Source: Planctomycetota bacterium
GTDB lineage: Bacteria; Planctomycetota; Planctomycetia; Gemmatales; Gemmataceae
Direction of reading: 5' to 3'
DNA: 64,000 nt
Assembly (NCBI GenBank): GCA_003669555.1
Contig: QWOS01000099.1
Span: 7,340 to 71,339, forward strand
Below are positions 8,058 through 17,444 of this stretch, one piece after another. The notes beneath the pieces are model-generated. The model was given only the letters and a program-made list of their open reading frames with translations, was not told where the DNA came from and did not search any database. Positions within the stretch are counted from its first letter, which is position 1. Each line of letters starts with the position of its first letter. The translations under genes and the position numbers were made by a program.

Positions 8058-10643
8058 TCATTGACGAAATTTGCCACGACCCTGCATGGCCTCCTCGAAA
8101 GGTGCTTTGGGAACCACAACAGCCATACCGGGAAGCAGGCTGGAAGCGGCGGCAAAACCTGCCCCTTCCGCCCGGCCGATTGTTAGCCGGACAGGATCCT
8201 TTTCACCTTCCGTGGTCCATTCGATCAGTAGTCCGTTTTTGGCTGGATCAAGTGACAGTCCTGGCTCACCCCCACCGGAATAAGCGAGGATTTTCTCAAA
8301 CTTCAAAGCCTTCAGAGCTTGCAACAGCGTGGTGACCCGGGCCTGGGCGACCGGGAAATCACTGGCAGGATCGCGCGCCAGCCATTGGTCTTTGTCGCGT
8401 TCGAGTACCAGACTGACCGGCGACCCGTTGACTGATTGCCAGCCGGTGAGCTTGATTCGTGTCAGTTTGGCGGGATCGAGGGCCGGAAACAGACTTCGGT
8501 TTTCCCACGGGGCCTCAAGAACCCCCCGCGTGGCCAGATCGACGGTGAATACCGGTGGATGCCAGTCAGCCCTGGCAAAGATACCGCCATCCCCTGTCTC
8601 TCGCCCCAGATACAGGGTTTTTGCCTGGGCTTTTCCGTCCGGGCCTGGAATGGTCAGGATGACGGACATGGCTGGAGGTTCGAGACCGCGGCTTGCCAGC
8701 TGGTCCGGTTTTTCCGACAGCAGTTTGCGAGCCTGTAATGAGCCGATGTTCACCAGCAGGGTGCGAATCGCCTGTGGATCGACCGGCAGGACGGCCCTGT
8801 CACTAGGAGCGGTGAATTTCCACGGGTCATTTTTGTCTTTCCGGGCTACGGAGATACTCTCGGCCCCTCGCCTGAGACTAACCCCGGTTACCTGATCGAT
8901 TGCCAAATCCTGGCCGATGGCATTGCCATGCGGTGTCGGGATCTTCCGGTCCATATAGGCCAAAGGTCCTTGCTCGGCCAAATCAAGGAGGCCCCGCGGC
9001 ACCAGCATCACTGCCTGATCCGGTCCATTCACACGCAACAGGCTCACCTCTTCCCCCTGGCGACGCCCCAGAACCACTTCGGCGATGGCAGGCTGGTCCT
9101 TCCGCTTGGGCTGGGTTACCGCTGCTACCACTGGCCCTTTTTCAGGTACTGCATCTTTTTCATCCTTGGGCGGGCTGTTTTTTTCTGGCGACACAATTCC
9201 ACCCACCCAAAAGCGAATGGCCACCTGCTTGTCACGGGGGCGATCCAGTTCCAGTTCTGCCCGACGCATGGGCGTATCCGCGGCGATAAACTGCCCCCTG
9301 GCAGCCCGTAGGGATTCAAGTAACGCCGGCACGGCGGTAGGCTCCACATCACGGCCCTCAGCCTCACCTGGCTTGTGGAGTTTCCAGGAAGTGCCTTCCC
9401 GAACCAGCTCCAGGGTACCGAGTCCGTTGGTTATCTCGATCCAGTCCGGTTCACCGGCAAGTCGCAACACAGCCCGATCCCGCACCAAGGCAGGATCTTC
9501 CAGCAAGCGGAGCAGTTCGTCGATCGGTGCGGCGGGAACCAGAACCACGGAACCTGTTCCCTCCACGGTGCTCTGGTAGCCCTTGAAAGCAGGCGCTGCA
9601 GGAATTGCAGCCCCCCCGACACCGCCTCCGGCTGGCTTTTGCACGGGTTTATCCAAGCCAATCAACAGGGTGGCGGACCTGTTGGTGGTCTGGGGGCTGC
9701 TTTCGGCCTGGGTGTCGCGGGTGACCACGGCCCGCTCCACTTCCAGGCGCAGCACGCGATTGCGGGCAGGGTCCAGACCATATTCGGCCAAGGCGGCCGG
9801 ATCCCGCACCCCTTCGGCCAAAAAGTCGTCCCTGTCGCCCGGTTTTTCACCAGCCTGCTCCACCCGTAAGGCCCCGATGGCACGCAGCAGGGTGCCGATA
9901 TCAGGAGTTCCCTGGGCAGGGGCCCCAAGGCTCGTGGTGGCGGCTGGTTCAGCCAGGCCAAAAGCGGGTGCCTCATACCGCCAGTTTCCCAGAGTTTTTC
10001 GCAGGGAAACCGCAGGTTTGGCGCCGGTTGGCCCCATCGATAGCTTGAATTGGTCGACATCAGCCTCGGCAGCCAGCAGGGTGCGGTCACGCCAGGCGCC
10101 CAGGGGACGGAAAAGGCCTTCGAAATCGCGCTCCTGCACCACCTGGGCTCCCTTGCGGCCCGATGAGAGCACAAAGAGCAGGTTTCCGGTGGCCCCAGGT
10201 ACAGTCTGGCCAACCGACAGGGTATGCTCCACGCCATCCTTGTCGGTGAGGGTGAGGGTGGCGGATGGTTCTTTCAAACCTGACTTCCCCAGGCTTACCT
10301 GGGCATCCTTGTCTTCCTCGCGACGGCTTTGCACCAAAGCGCGCACCAGATTGTTCACCATGAAGCTGTCTGCCAACCCCTGGACCGGCTGCTCCAGCAT
10401 CCATTGCCTGGTTTGGGGATCGCGTTTCAGTTCAATGGTTTGCGCCACTGGCCTGGTGCGTTCCAGCCGGAGTGCCACCATCGATTCGGCCGGATTGACA
10501 TCCACGCCGGCGTTTTTCAGCAACTCCGGGAAGAGCAAGCGCCCCTGATCTTCCACGCCTGGCCCCACCGAGATGGCCAGTACCATCAGCAGCAGCATTC
10601 CCAGAAAAATCCCGCCCAGAATGAATGTCGTGCGGAAGTTCAT
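8058..10643 (-). CDS. Large DUF4340-like protein, the component usually found downstream of GldG-type ABC accessory genes
   Basis: 861-aa ORF with one N-terminal TM (FILGGIFLGMLLLMVLAI) and a repetitive beta-rich body. Its position directly after the ABC ATPase/permease/GldG-like genes matches the usual operon. Confidence 0.6.
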   Translation of the reverse strand: MNFRTTFILGGIFLGMLLLMVLAISVGPGVEDQGRLLFPELLKNAGVDVNPAESMVALRLERTRPVAQTIELKRDPQTRQWMLEQPVQGLADSFMVNNLVRALVQSRREEDKDAQVSLGKSGLKEPSATLTLTDKDGVEHTLSVGQTVPGATGNLLFVLSSGRKGAQVVQERDFEGLFRPLGAWRDRTLLAAEADVDQFKLSMGPTGAKPAVSLRKTLGNWRYEAPAFGLAEPAATTSLGAPAQGTPDIGTLLRAIGALRVEQAGEKPGDRDDFLAEGVRDPAALAEYGLDPARNRVLRLEVERAVVTRDTQAESSPQTTNRSATLLIGLDKPVQKPAGGGVGGAAIPAAPAFKGYQSTVEGTGSVVLVPAAPIDELLRLLEDPALVRDRAVLRLAGEPDWIEITNGLGTLELVREGTSWKLHKPGEAEGRDVEPTAVPALLESLRAARGQFIAADTPMRRAELELDRPRDKQVAIRFWVGGIVSPEKNSPPKDEKDAVPEKGPVVAAVTQPKRKDQPAIAEVVLGRRQGEEVSLLRVNGPDQAVMLVPRGLLDLAEQGPLAYMDRKIPTPHGNAIGQDLAIDQVTGVSLRRGAESISVARKDKNDPWKFTAPSDRAVLPVDPQAIRTLLVNIGSLQARKLLSEKPDQLASRGLEPPAMSVILTIPGPDGKAQAKTLYLGRETGDGGIFARADWHPPVFTVDLATRGVLEAPWENRSLFPALDPAKLTRIKLTGWQSVNGSPVSLVLERDKDQWLARDPASDFPVAQARVTTLLQALKALKFEKILAYSGGGEPGLSLDPAKNGLLIEWTTEGEKDPVRLTIGRAEGAGFAAASSLLPGMAVVVPKAPFEEAMQGRGKFRQ

Positions 10644-10701
10644 GCTTGGTTCACCTTAGAAAACACCCAAAGAGCCCACTACCCATGCGGGATACTGCCC
10701 G

Positions 10702-12618
10702 CTAATTACGCCGGACCAGCCACATGCCAGCCCCCAGCCCCGCGATAGTCACAAAGGCCAGGCCCAAAGGCAGCCAACGCAAACGGGAAAGTTCCGCGGT
10801 GTCTCGGCGCGCGCGCAACTGGTAGGTTTTTCGCTCAAAACGCTGACTCGATTCCAGCGGTTTGCTACCCAGGCTGGGCCGTTCGCGCAGCCAGCCGCAG
10901 CAGCTGGCGACCAACTCCAGGCTGGTTGTGTCACCCATTCGCTTCAGGTACTCGTTACTGACGAATTTGGCATTTCCCACCACCACCGCCCTGGGCAATG
11001 GCCCCTCCTGCACCGCCAGGCCCAGCACGATGGGCGTAGCAGGTTTGGCTGGATTCTTGCCGTCTTTCCAGCCATCCGATTTCACCAATTCGTCCAGCGA
11101 AACGGCCAGATCGGTAACGGGTCTGGTGTCGAACTGCGGGTAGGCGACCAGGAAAGGTTCCGCTTGCAAACCGGCAGGCGAAGCCCCCGGATTGGCCGGG
11201 GGTGACTGGACCGCACGCAAGGGACGCGCCTCACGCATTGGGAACGGTAACGGCTGCCCCTGACTGACAAATGCCTTGGCCAGTGCCGAAGTCGAACGCA
11301 GATTGGGGATGGCAACCGCATCGTTGTGTGGTTTCACCCGGCTGGAAACCAGCACAGCATCATCCACCTCGACCTGCAACCTGGCCAGAAGTCCCTTCAG
11401 GCGGGGCAGCGGGCTAAAAACCTTGCGGCCTCCCTGACGCTCCTGAGCCGCATCCAGCATCACCAGGAGCTTGCCTTTTTTGCCATTCTCACCCCCCTGA
11501 AGGAATCGTTCCAGGGCGGCTATGCCCTCGGCAGGCGGGTCCACTCTTGTGCCTACCATCAGGACTATGTCCGCATCAGCCGGCACCCGCTGGGTGGAGC
11601 TATCGAGAACCAGTTTCTCTACACGGAAGTTGGCCTTGGCCAGTTCGGCGGTGAGTTCGCTGACCGAATCGCCGGCAGGTCCCGGGACGGTATCTGGTTC
11701 GCCATTACCGCTGGTGAGGTATAGAACCCCTTTGGTTTTGTTTTCCGAAAGAAAAGTAAGGGTCTCGAACAGCTTGGCTTCACCCAGAAATTGCAGGCTT
11801 GAGCCAGCGCCAGGCTGCCCGGGGGTGGTTGCCGGGTCGCGATTCTGACGGAAGAGGTCGGTCAGTTTCACAAACTCGTGGTTCTGTTTACCGTCGGGAC
11901 CATAAACCACCAGCATTCCCAGTTCCTTGGGGAATTGATACTGGGCCCCCAGTTTGTCATATTCCTCAAGATCAGAAGGAACTTCCAGAACCCGATAGCG
12001 CAAGAGCCCGGGCTGGATGCGCTTGCAGTTCTCCGCCAGCGTGCCCAATTCGGCCCGCACAAACTGGCTTGAGCCGGAAAACGGATTGACAAACAGGAAG
12101 ACCTGAACCGGATCCGTGAGATTATTCAGAAACGCTGTAGAGCTTTGGCTAAGGGTATAAAGTGAGCTTTCTGTATGGTCGAAAGTCTGATTGAAGATAT
12201 CAAACCTGCCAAGCCTCAGATTGCTGAAGACATTGACGAATAGCAAAATTCCAACCAGCAGCATACCTGCCACCAGGGTGTTGGCACCGTACATCAGCCG
12301 ACGCAATGATGGGGCCTGGTGCTCCGAGCCCCGAGCCATGAGGCTTCCAGCCAAAAGCAAACCAATCCCCATAGCCAGCAGCAGGCCGGTCACGACCAGC
12401 GGCATGGGCTGTTTACGCCACTCGACCAGGCCCCCCGCAAACACCTCCCGGAACGGCGCATGGACGAAAGGCAGTACCATTCCCGCGACAAAAAGGGCTA
12501 GCCCCAGGGTGGCCAGGGCGATCACCGCAGCAAATTTCTGCTTCGCCTGATCAGGCCCTGGCAGGCCATTGGCGACACCGGAAATTGCTGGCATTTCGGT
12601 ATTTTCTGGACTGTTCAT
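10702..12618 (-). CDS. GldG-like ABC-transport auxiliary component
   Basis: 638 aa with N-terminal TMs, a large extracytoplasmic domain and a C-terminal TM anchor (LGLAFVTIAGLGAGMWLV). Sits between an ABC-2 permease and a DUF4340-like gene. Confidence 0.65.
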   Translation of the reverse strand: MNSPENTEMPAISGVANGLPGPDQAKQKFAAVIALATLGLALFVAGMVLPFVHAPFREVFAGGLVEWRKQPMPLVVTGLLLAMGIGLLLAGSLMARGSEHQAPSLRRLMYGANTLVAGMLLVGILLFVNVFSNLRLGRFDIFNQTFDHTESSLYTLSQSSTAFLNNLTDPVQVFLFVNPFSGSSQFVRAELGTLAENCKRIQPGLLRYRVLEVPSDLEEYDKLGAQYQFPKELGMLVVYGPDGKQNHEFVKLTDLFRQNRDPATTPGQPGAGSSLQFLGEAKLFETLTFLSENKTKGVLYLTSGNGEPDTVPGPAGDSVSELTAELAKANFRVEKLVLDSSTQRVPADADIVLMVGTRVDPPAEGIAALERFLQGGENGKKGKLLVMLDAAQERQGGRKVFSPLPRLKGLLARLQVEVDDAVLVSSRVKPHNDAVAIPNLRSTSALAKAFVSQGQPLPFPMREARPLRAVQSPPANPGASPAGLQAEPFLVAYPQFDTRPVTDLAVSLDELVKSDGWKDGKNPAKPATPIVLGLAVQEGPLPRAVVVGNAKFVSNEYLKRMGDTTSLELVASCCGWLRERPSLGSKPLESSQRFERKTYQLRARRDTAELSRLRWLPLGLAFVTIAGLGAGMWLVRRN

Positions 12619-12679
12619 GGCATTCCCTCCGGCCTGATAGAGCGCATGCTAGCGGTTGCTTGGGATGTCGCAGGATTTG

Positions 12680-14266
12680 TCACTGCCATCGCCTTGCCTC
12701 CAGCACTTTGGTGGAAACAAACAGGGAAAGCACCATCAGGCTTAGGTGGAAAACCAGTTGCCTGGGCACCAGCTTCCCCTCGAGCGAGCTTTCCCACAGG
12801 TTGAGGAAAGAGACATGCTGCAGCATGGTCCCCCAGGCAGTTCCTTCGATACCTTGGCGAAACTGCAAGATGTAAGGAGACAGCAGCATTATCATGGCGG
12901 TGAGAGTAAGCGCACCCGAAATGAGCTGATTGGAAAACAGGCTGCTCAGGGCCAGCCCCAGGGCTATGAATCCGGCCCCGCTCACCAGCAGGGCCACCGA
13001 ATAGCTCAGCAACGGGCGGTAATCAAAAGCGGGTTGGTTGCTCAGTGGCAAAGCCAGCAAATACAGGGCGAAAGGCAGCCAGATGATCATGTAAGTGGCC
13101 AACGCTGCGAGGAACTTCCCAAGCACCACCGACAATTCATCCACCGGGGCGGTGAGCAGCACTTCCAGAGTGCCACTGCGTTTCTCCTCGCTGAGGAGCC
13201 GCATGGTGAGCAGGGGCACACCAAACAGCACGCACAGGACAATAAACAGCTCGATGACATAATTTCCCAGAATGGGCTCCAGCACCTGGCGATCGGCCAG
13301 CCTGTCGAGGAATAGCCCATAGCTGGTCCAGGTACCCAGGGCGAAGGCCATTGTCACAAAATAGGCGATGGGTGAAAGGAAGAATGAAGCCATTTCCCTG
13401 CGGAAGATCACCACCGCCGCCCGATCGGAGACCAGGGCAAAAGACCCCAGACCCAGTAGCAGTGACAGGCCCAGGATGAGCCAGCCGCCGGGTATGAAGT
13501 GGCTGGCACCCTGAGCCGGCCAGGTACCGGAGGCGTGCAGAATGGAGCGGACGAGCACGGCCAAGGCCAATCCCAGGCCCACAAAGCAGGCCAGCCAGCC
13601 CTGGCGGTAGGCTAATTCGCTGGAAAAACCCACCAGTGCCAGGTAGCCAATCATGGAGATCAAGCCAAGGATGGCGAGAATCAGGGGCGGGCCCACGCTG
13701 GTGAATTCGCCACGCTCTGCAAGAATGAACAACCATAAAATACCAGCCACAGCACCCACGGCCCCCGCCCCGCCCAGGGCAGCAGGAAGCCAGTCCGCCA
13801 GAAGTCTGCCGCTAGCCCCCAGGCTGCCGTTATTGGTGGCCACCATGCCCAGCGACCGGGCACAGGCCAAAACCAGTGGCAGGCCCACCAGACAGCCTGC
13901 CACCCCCAAGGCCCGGGCATCGATCGGCATGGCCCCGTTAAACAGACAAACCAGCCCGGTCACCGCCAGCACGAGCCCAAGGGCAAGGTAGCCCAGCAGG
14001 ATAGGCCCGCTTCGCTCAAGGCTGGCATGGACCATGATCAGTAAAAAGCCCAGTAATGCTCCGACCAGACCAACCGAAGGCCCAACCGGGAACGCCCGTT
14101 CGGCGATACCCATCGACACGGCAAACAGGCCAATCAGCACCAAACAGGCGCCACAGGCACCCACAGCCGTTGGTAACGACCGCTCCTCGGCCACCACATC
14201 GGAGGGGCCTGCTGAAGAACCTGGCTGCATTTCCAAACCGTTCTCTAAAGGAGATGGCACACGCAT
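12680..14266 (-). CDS. ABC-2 (GldF-like) permease with a long extra polytopic N-terminal region
   Basis: The C-terminal half carries the ABC-2 signature LLSEEKRSGTLEVLLTAPV followed by multiple TMs. The start at MRVPSPL (14266) lies 4 nt after the ATPase stop. Confidence 0.75.
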   Translation of the reverse strand: MRVPSPLENGLEMQPGSSAGPSDVVAEERSLPTAVGACGACLVLIGLFAVSMGIAERAFPVGPSVGLVGALLGFLLIMVHASLERSGPILLGYLALGLVLAVTGLVCLFNGAMPIDARALGVAGCLVGLPLVLACARSLGMVATNNGSLGASGRLLADWLPAALGGAGAVGAVAGILWLFILAERGEFTSVGPPLILAILGLISMIGYLALVGFSSELAYRQGWLACFVGLGLALAVLVRSILHASGTWPAQGASHFIPGGWLILGLSLLLGLGSFALVSDRAAVVIFRREMASFFLSPIAYFVTMAFALGTWTSYGLFLDRLADRQVLEPILGNYVIELFIVLCVLFGVPLLTMRLLSEEKRSGTLEVLLTAPVDELSVVLGKFLAALATYMIIWLPFALYLLALPLSNQPAFDYRPLLSYSVALLVSGAGFIALGLALSSLFSNQLISGALTLTAMIMLLSPYILQFRQGIEGTAWGTMLQHVSFLNLWESSLEGKLVPRQLVFHLSLMVLSLFVSTKVLEARRWQ

Positions 14267-14270
14267 GGGA

Positions 14271-15230
14271 TCAGTTCCTCCCCGGTGATTGGGTGGTGAC
14301 TTCAGTGTTGTTGATTTCGTTCCAGCGGTCCTGCAAGGTGCGCCGCCGGAAATCGAGCTTGCGGATGGGTAACTGCTGCTCGTGAAGTGACCTGGCCACC
14401 TCAACGCGCGGGTCTATTCCTTCAGGCAACCGGACCGAGCAGCTGACCCAGCCCTCCTCGAGAAGACTGGATTCCACGAGTCTCTGGCCGACAAGCCGCC
14501 CCACTACTGCGGCAATTTTGTCGGTGGCCCCCTGGGCCTCGACCAGCATGATCTGGTCGCGTTCCATGCTGGCCAATTGCTGATTGAAGGCCAGATGGCC
14601 GCGACGCAGGATCAGCACCCGGTCGACGATAGCCTCTACTTCCACCAGCAGGTGCGAACTGAAAAGGATTGTGTGGTCCTGACCCAGTTCCCTGAGCAGG
14701 GCCAGCGCATCCTGCTTCTGACCCGGGTCAAGCCCATCAGTGGGCTCATCGAGGATCAGCAGACGCGGGTTGGCCAGCAGGGCATCGGCCAGACCTACCC
14801 GTTGCCGGAAGCCTTTGGATAGGGTGCCCAGCAGGCGCCGACGCACCCCGGCAATGCGACAGCGGTCAAGAATTTCGGGAATTCGCCGCATCCGTCCAGG
14901 CCGGTCCATCCCCTTGAGCTGGGCCCGGTAAGCCAGGTATTCCTCGACCCGCATCTCGGGATAAAGAGGGATATTCTCAGGCAGGTAGCCAATCCGTTGG
15001 CGCACCTCCATCGATTGGGTGAGCACATCGAAACCGTCAACCCGGGCCACCCCGGAGGTGGCGGGCAAATAGGTGGTAAGGACGCGCATCAGTGTGGATT
15101 TGCCGGCGCCGTTATTGCCCAGCAAACCAACAATTTCGTTGCGTTCCAGCCGAAAACTCACATCGTGCAGGGCCAGAACCTGACCGAAGAGCTTGGTCAG
15201 GTGGCTCACTTCAACCATCTCGGGCTGCAT
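14271..15230 (-). CDS. ABC transporter ATP-binding protein (GldA-like)
   Basis: Walker A GNNGAGKST, signature LSKGFRQRVGLA, Walker B LLILDEPTDGLD. Confidence 0.93.
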   Translation of the reverse strand: MQPEMVEVSHLTKLFGQVLALHDVSFRLERNEIVGLLGNNGAGKSTLMRVLTTYLPATSGVARVDGFDVLTQSMEVRQRIGYLPENIPLYPEMRVEEYLAYRAQLKGMDRPGRMRRIPEILDRCRIAGVRRRLLGTLSKGFRQRVGLADALLANPRLLILDEPTDGLDPGQKQDALALLRELGQDHTILFSSHLLVEVEAIVDRVLILRRGHLAFNQQLASMERDQIMLVEAQGATDKIAAVVGRLVGQRLVESSLLEEGWVSCSVRLPEGIDPRVEVARSLHEQQLPIRKLDFRRRTLQDRWNEINNTEVTTQSPGRN

Positions 15231-15399
15231 GGTGCCGCGCTCTCCTGAAATTTGCCGCCGTCGATCCTGACGGGCGGCTGCTTGTTCTTAGACTATCTAA
15301 TAGACTATCAATGGCACGACGAATGGCTTTGGGGAAAGGTTGGCACAGGGCCCCCTGTTTCACTTGGCTGTTTTTTATACCCCGCAGGAAATCTTCGCC

Positions 15400-15987
15400 A
15401 TGGCCGCATTTGTGACCCAGCCAGCCCCGTCTTTTTCCGCCACCGCCGTGGTGGGAGAGGATTTCAAGACTATCCACTTAAGTGATTATCTTGGAAAAAA
15501 TGTGATTTTATTTTTTTACCCTCTCGACTTCACTTTTGTCTGCCCCACCGAAATCATCGCTTTCGACGAAAAACTGGAAGAGTTCACCCAAAGGAACACC
15601 GTGGTCCTGGGTGCGTCAATCGACAGCCAGTTCTCCCACCTGGCCTGGAACACAATGCCCCGCAATTTGGGAGGCCTGGGAAAAGTGCGCTACCCACTGA
15701 TTGCTGACCTCACCAAACAAATCGCCAAAGATTATGGCGTGCTGCTTCCCGACAACAGTGTCGCCCTGCGTGGCCTGTTCCTGATCGACAAGGTCGGCGT
15801 GCTCCGTCACATGGTGGTCAATGACCTGCCTTTGGGCCGCAGCGTCGACGAAGCCCTGCGCATGGTGGATGCTCTGAACTTCTTTGAAAAGAATGGCGAG
15901 GTATGCCCCGCCAACTGGCAGGAAGGACGGCCCTCGATGAAGGCCGATCCCAAGGGGGCTCAGGAGTACTTCAGCAAGCAGAATTGA
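15400..15987 (+). CDS. Typical 2-Cys peroxiredoxin (AhpC/Tsa family)
   Basis: FFYPLDFTFVCPTEI contains the peroxidatic Cys and GEVCPANW the resolving Cys. Start taken at MAAFVTQPAPSF. Confidence 0.93.
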   Translation: MAAFVTQPAPSFSATAVVGEDFKTIHLSDYLGKNVILFFYPLDFTFVCPTEIIAFDEKLEEFTQRNTVVLGASIDSQFSHLAWNTMPRNLGGLGKVRYPLIADLTKQIAKDYGVLLPDNSVALRGLFLIDKVGVLRHMVVNDLPLGRSVDEALRMVDALNFFEKNGEVCPANWQEGRPSMKADPKGAQEYFSKQN

Positions 15988-16002
15988 ATCAGGATTTCAA
16001 AC

Positions 16003-16458
16003 ATGACTGAGCCCGAAATCACGACTGGCCCGATTGCCATCCTTGCTGGGGCCTGCAAGCCTCTTTTACTGGGAGGGCTGGTTACAGACCCCCGGGTGCG
16101 CCAGATGGTAGATCATCTGGTGGCCCTGGGGGCTCTTTTGCTGACCACCCACCCACTGGGCTACTTTCCTGGTGCCATTCTTGATCTGGGTCAGCCTGAT
16201 CCTGAAACTCCGTTACCGGCCGATTCATGGCGTCATGCCGAAGAGGCTTGCAAGCAGGCGGATGTTGTGGTGGTATTGGGACCAGTCAATACGGAACTTC
16301 AAGCTCTGGCCGACCTTGCGGCCTGGTCGGGTGCCCAGTGTCTGGCGTTGTCAAATCAGCCAGGCATGGACGAATCACCAGCCGAATCCAGTCTGGATCC
16401 AGGCCAGGTATTAGCCTGGTTGGCCAGGATGCCATCCGCAAAGGAATCCCAGCGTTGA
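16003..16458 (+). CDS. Hypothetical protein, possibly a degenerate Rossmann/SIR2-like fold
   Basis: 151-aa ORF in a tight operon context. Its stop overlaps the folD TTG start (TTGA). ADVVVVLGPVNTELQALADLAAWSGAQCLALSNQPG resembles the C-terminal strand-loop segment of sirtuin-like folds, but no catalytic motifs are visible. Confidence 0.5.
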   Translation: MTEPEITTGPIAILAGACKPLLLGGLVTDPRVRQMVDHLVALGALLLTTHPLGYFPGAILDLGQPDPETPLPADSWRHAEEACKQADVVVVLGPVNTELQALADLAAWSGAQCLALSNQPGMDESPAESSLDPGQVLAWLARMPSAKESQR

Positions 16459-17309
16459 CCCCGCATATTCTTGACGGCAAGCAACTGTCCCGCACCGTCC
16501 GGGCCGAGGTGGCTGAAAAGTGTGGGCAGTTGAAGGCAGCCCGGGGTATCACACCCGGATTGGCGGCGGTCCTGGTGGGGGACGATCCGGCCAGCCAAGT
16601 GTATGTCAAAAGCAAGCGCCAGGCTTGCGCCGAGGCTGGCATGGCCAGTTGGCTCCACCAGTTACCGGCGGATGTTGGACAAAACGAAATTCTGGCCCTG
16701 ATTGACCGGCTCAACGCTGATGCGGCGGTGCATGGGATTCTGGTGCAGTTGCCCCTGCCCCGCCACCTCGACACGGCGGTGGTGCTCGACAGGGTGAATC
16801 CGCGCAAGGATGTCGATGGCCTGCACCCGCTCAATCTGGGCCTGCTGGCTGATGGCAGGCCCCGCTATCTACCTTGCACTCCCCACGGGATATGGCAACT
16901 GCTGGAGCGCAACGGCTTTTCCTGGGCCGGGAAAGATGTGGTGGTACTGGGGCGGTCGAGCATTGTTGGCAAAAGCCTGGCGCTGCTGCTTTTACAAAAA
17001 GGCGTGGATGCCACCGTAACAGTTTGCCACAGCCGCACCCCCCACCCCGAACGGCACCTGCTGCAGGCTGAAATCATTGTGGCGGCCATCGGGCAACCCC
17101 AGTGGCTGAAGGCCTGCATGGTGCGCCCCGGCGCGGTGGTGGTCGATGTGGGGATCCACCGCAAGCCTGAGGGGGGCTTGTGCGGTGATGTGGCCTTCGA
17201 CGAGGTGGCACCGCTTTGTTCGGCGATCACCCCAGTCCCCGGGGGGGTGGGCCCGATGACCATCGCCATGCTCCTGGTGAACACCGTGGCATCGGCCAGC
17301 CAGGCCTGA
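16455..17309 (+). CDS. folD: Bifunctional methylenetetrahydrofolate dehydrogenase/cyclohydrolase
   Basis: ILDGKQLSRTVRAEV...PGLAAVLVGDDPASQVYVKSKRQACAEAG...GILVQLPLP...VVVLGRSSIVGKSLALLL...PVPGGVGPMTIAML is canonical FolD. The only start just before ILDGK is the TTG at 16455; the ORF track's upstream ATG adds 76 residues that do not resemble FolD. Confidence 0.93.
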   Translation: MTPHILDGKQLSRTVRAEVAEKCGQLKAARGITPGLAAVLVGDDPASQVYVKSKRQACAEAGMASWLHQLPADVGQNEILALIDRLNADAAVHGILVQLPLPRHLDTAVVLDRVNPRKDVDGLHPLNLGLLADGRPRYLPCTPHGIWQLLERNGFSWAGKDVVVLGRSSIVGKSLALLLLQKGVDATVTVCHSRTPHPERHLLQAEIIVAAIGQPQWLKACMVRPGAVVVDVGIHRKPEGGLCGDVAFDEVAPLCSAITPVPGGVGPMTIAMLLVNTVASASQA

Positions 17310-17444
17310 TGCCGGAACATCAAACGCACAGATTCGCCCCTGTGGCGGTAACGCCATAAAAAGCAAACAACTGCGCGGTGAACAAGTCACAACCAGACTG
17401 CGGGGCCGGGGGGTGCCACAACGCAGGCCACCGGGCGGCGGGCA

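Noticed and set aside
9583-10548. Long ORFs antisense to confidently called genes: 9583-10548, 5936-6751, 18386-19414, 36198-37889, 38848-40305, 51817-52830, 52870-53823, 53643-54803, 62457-63428
   Set aside because: Each lies fully inside a gene with clear family motifs on the other strand. Their translations are Arg/Pro/Gly/Ala-rich low-complexity strings, typical of shadow ORFs in GC-rich DNA.
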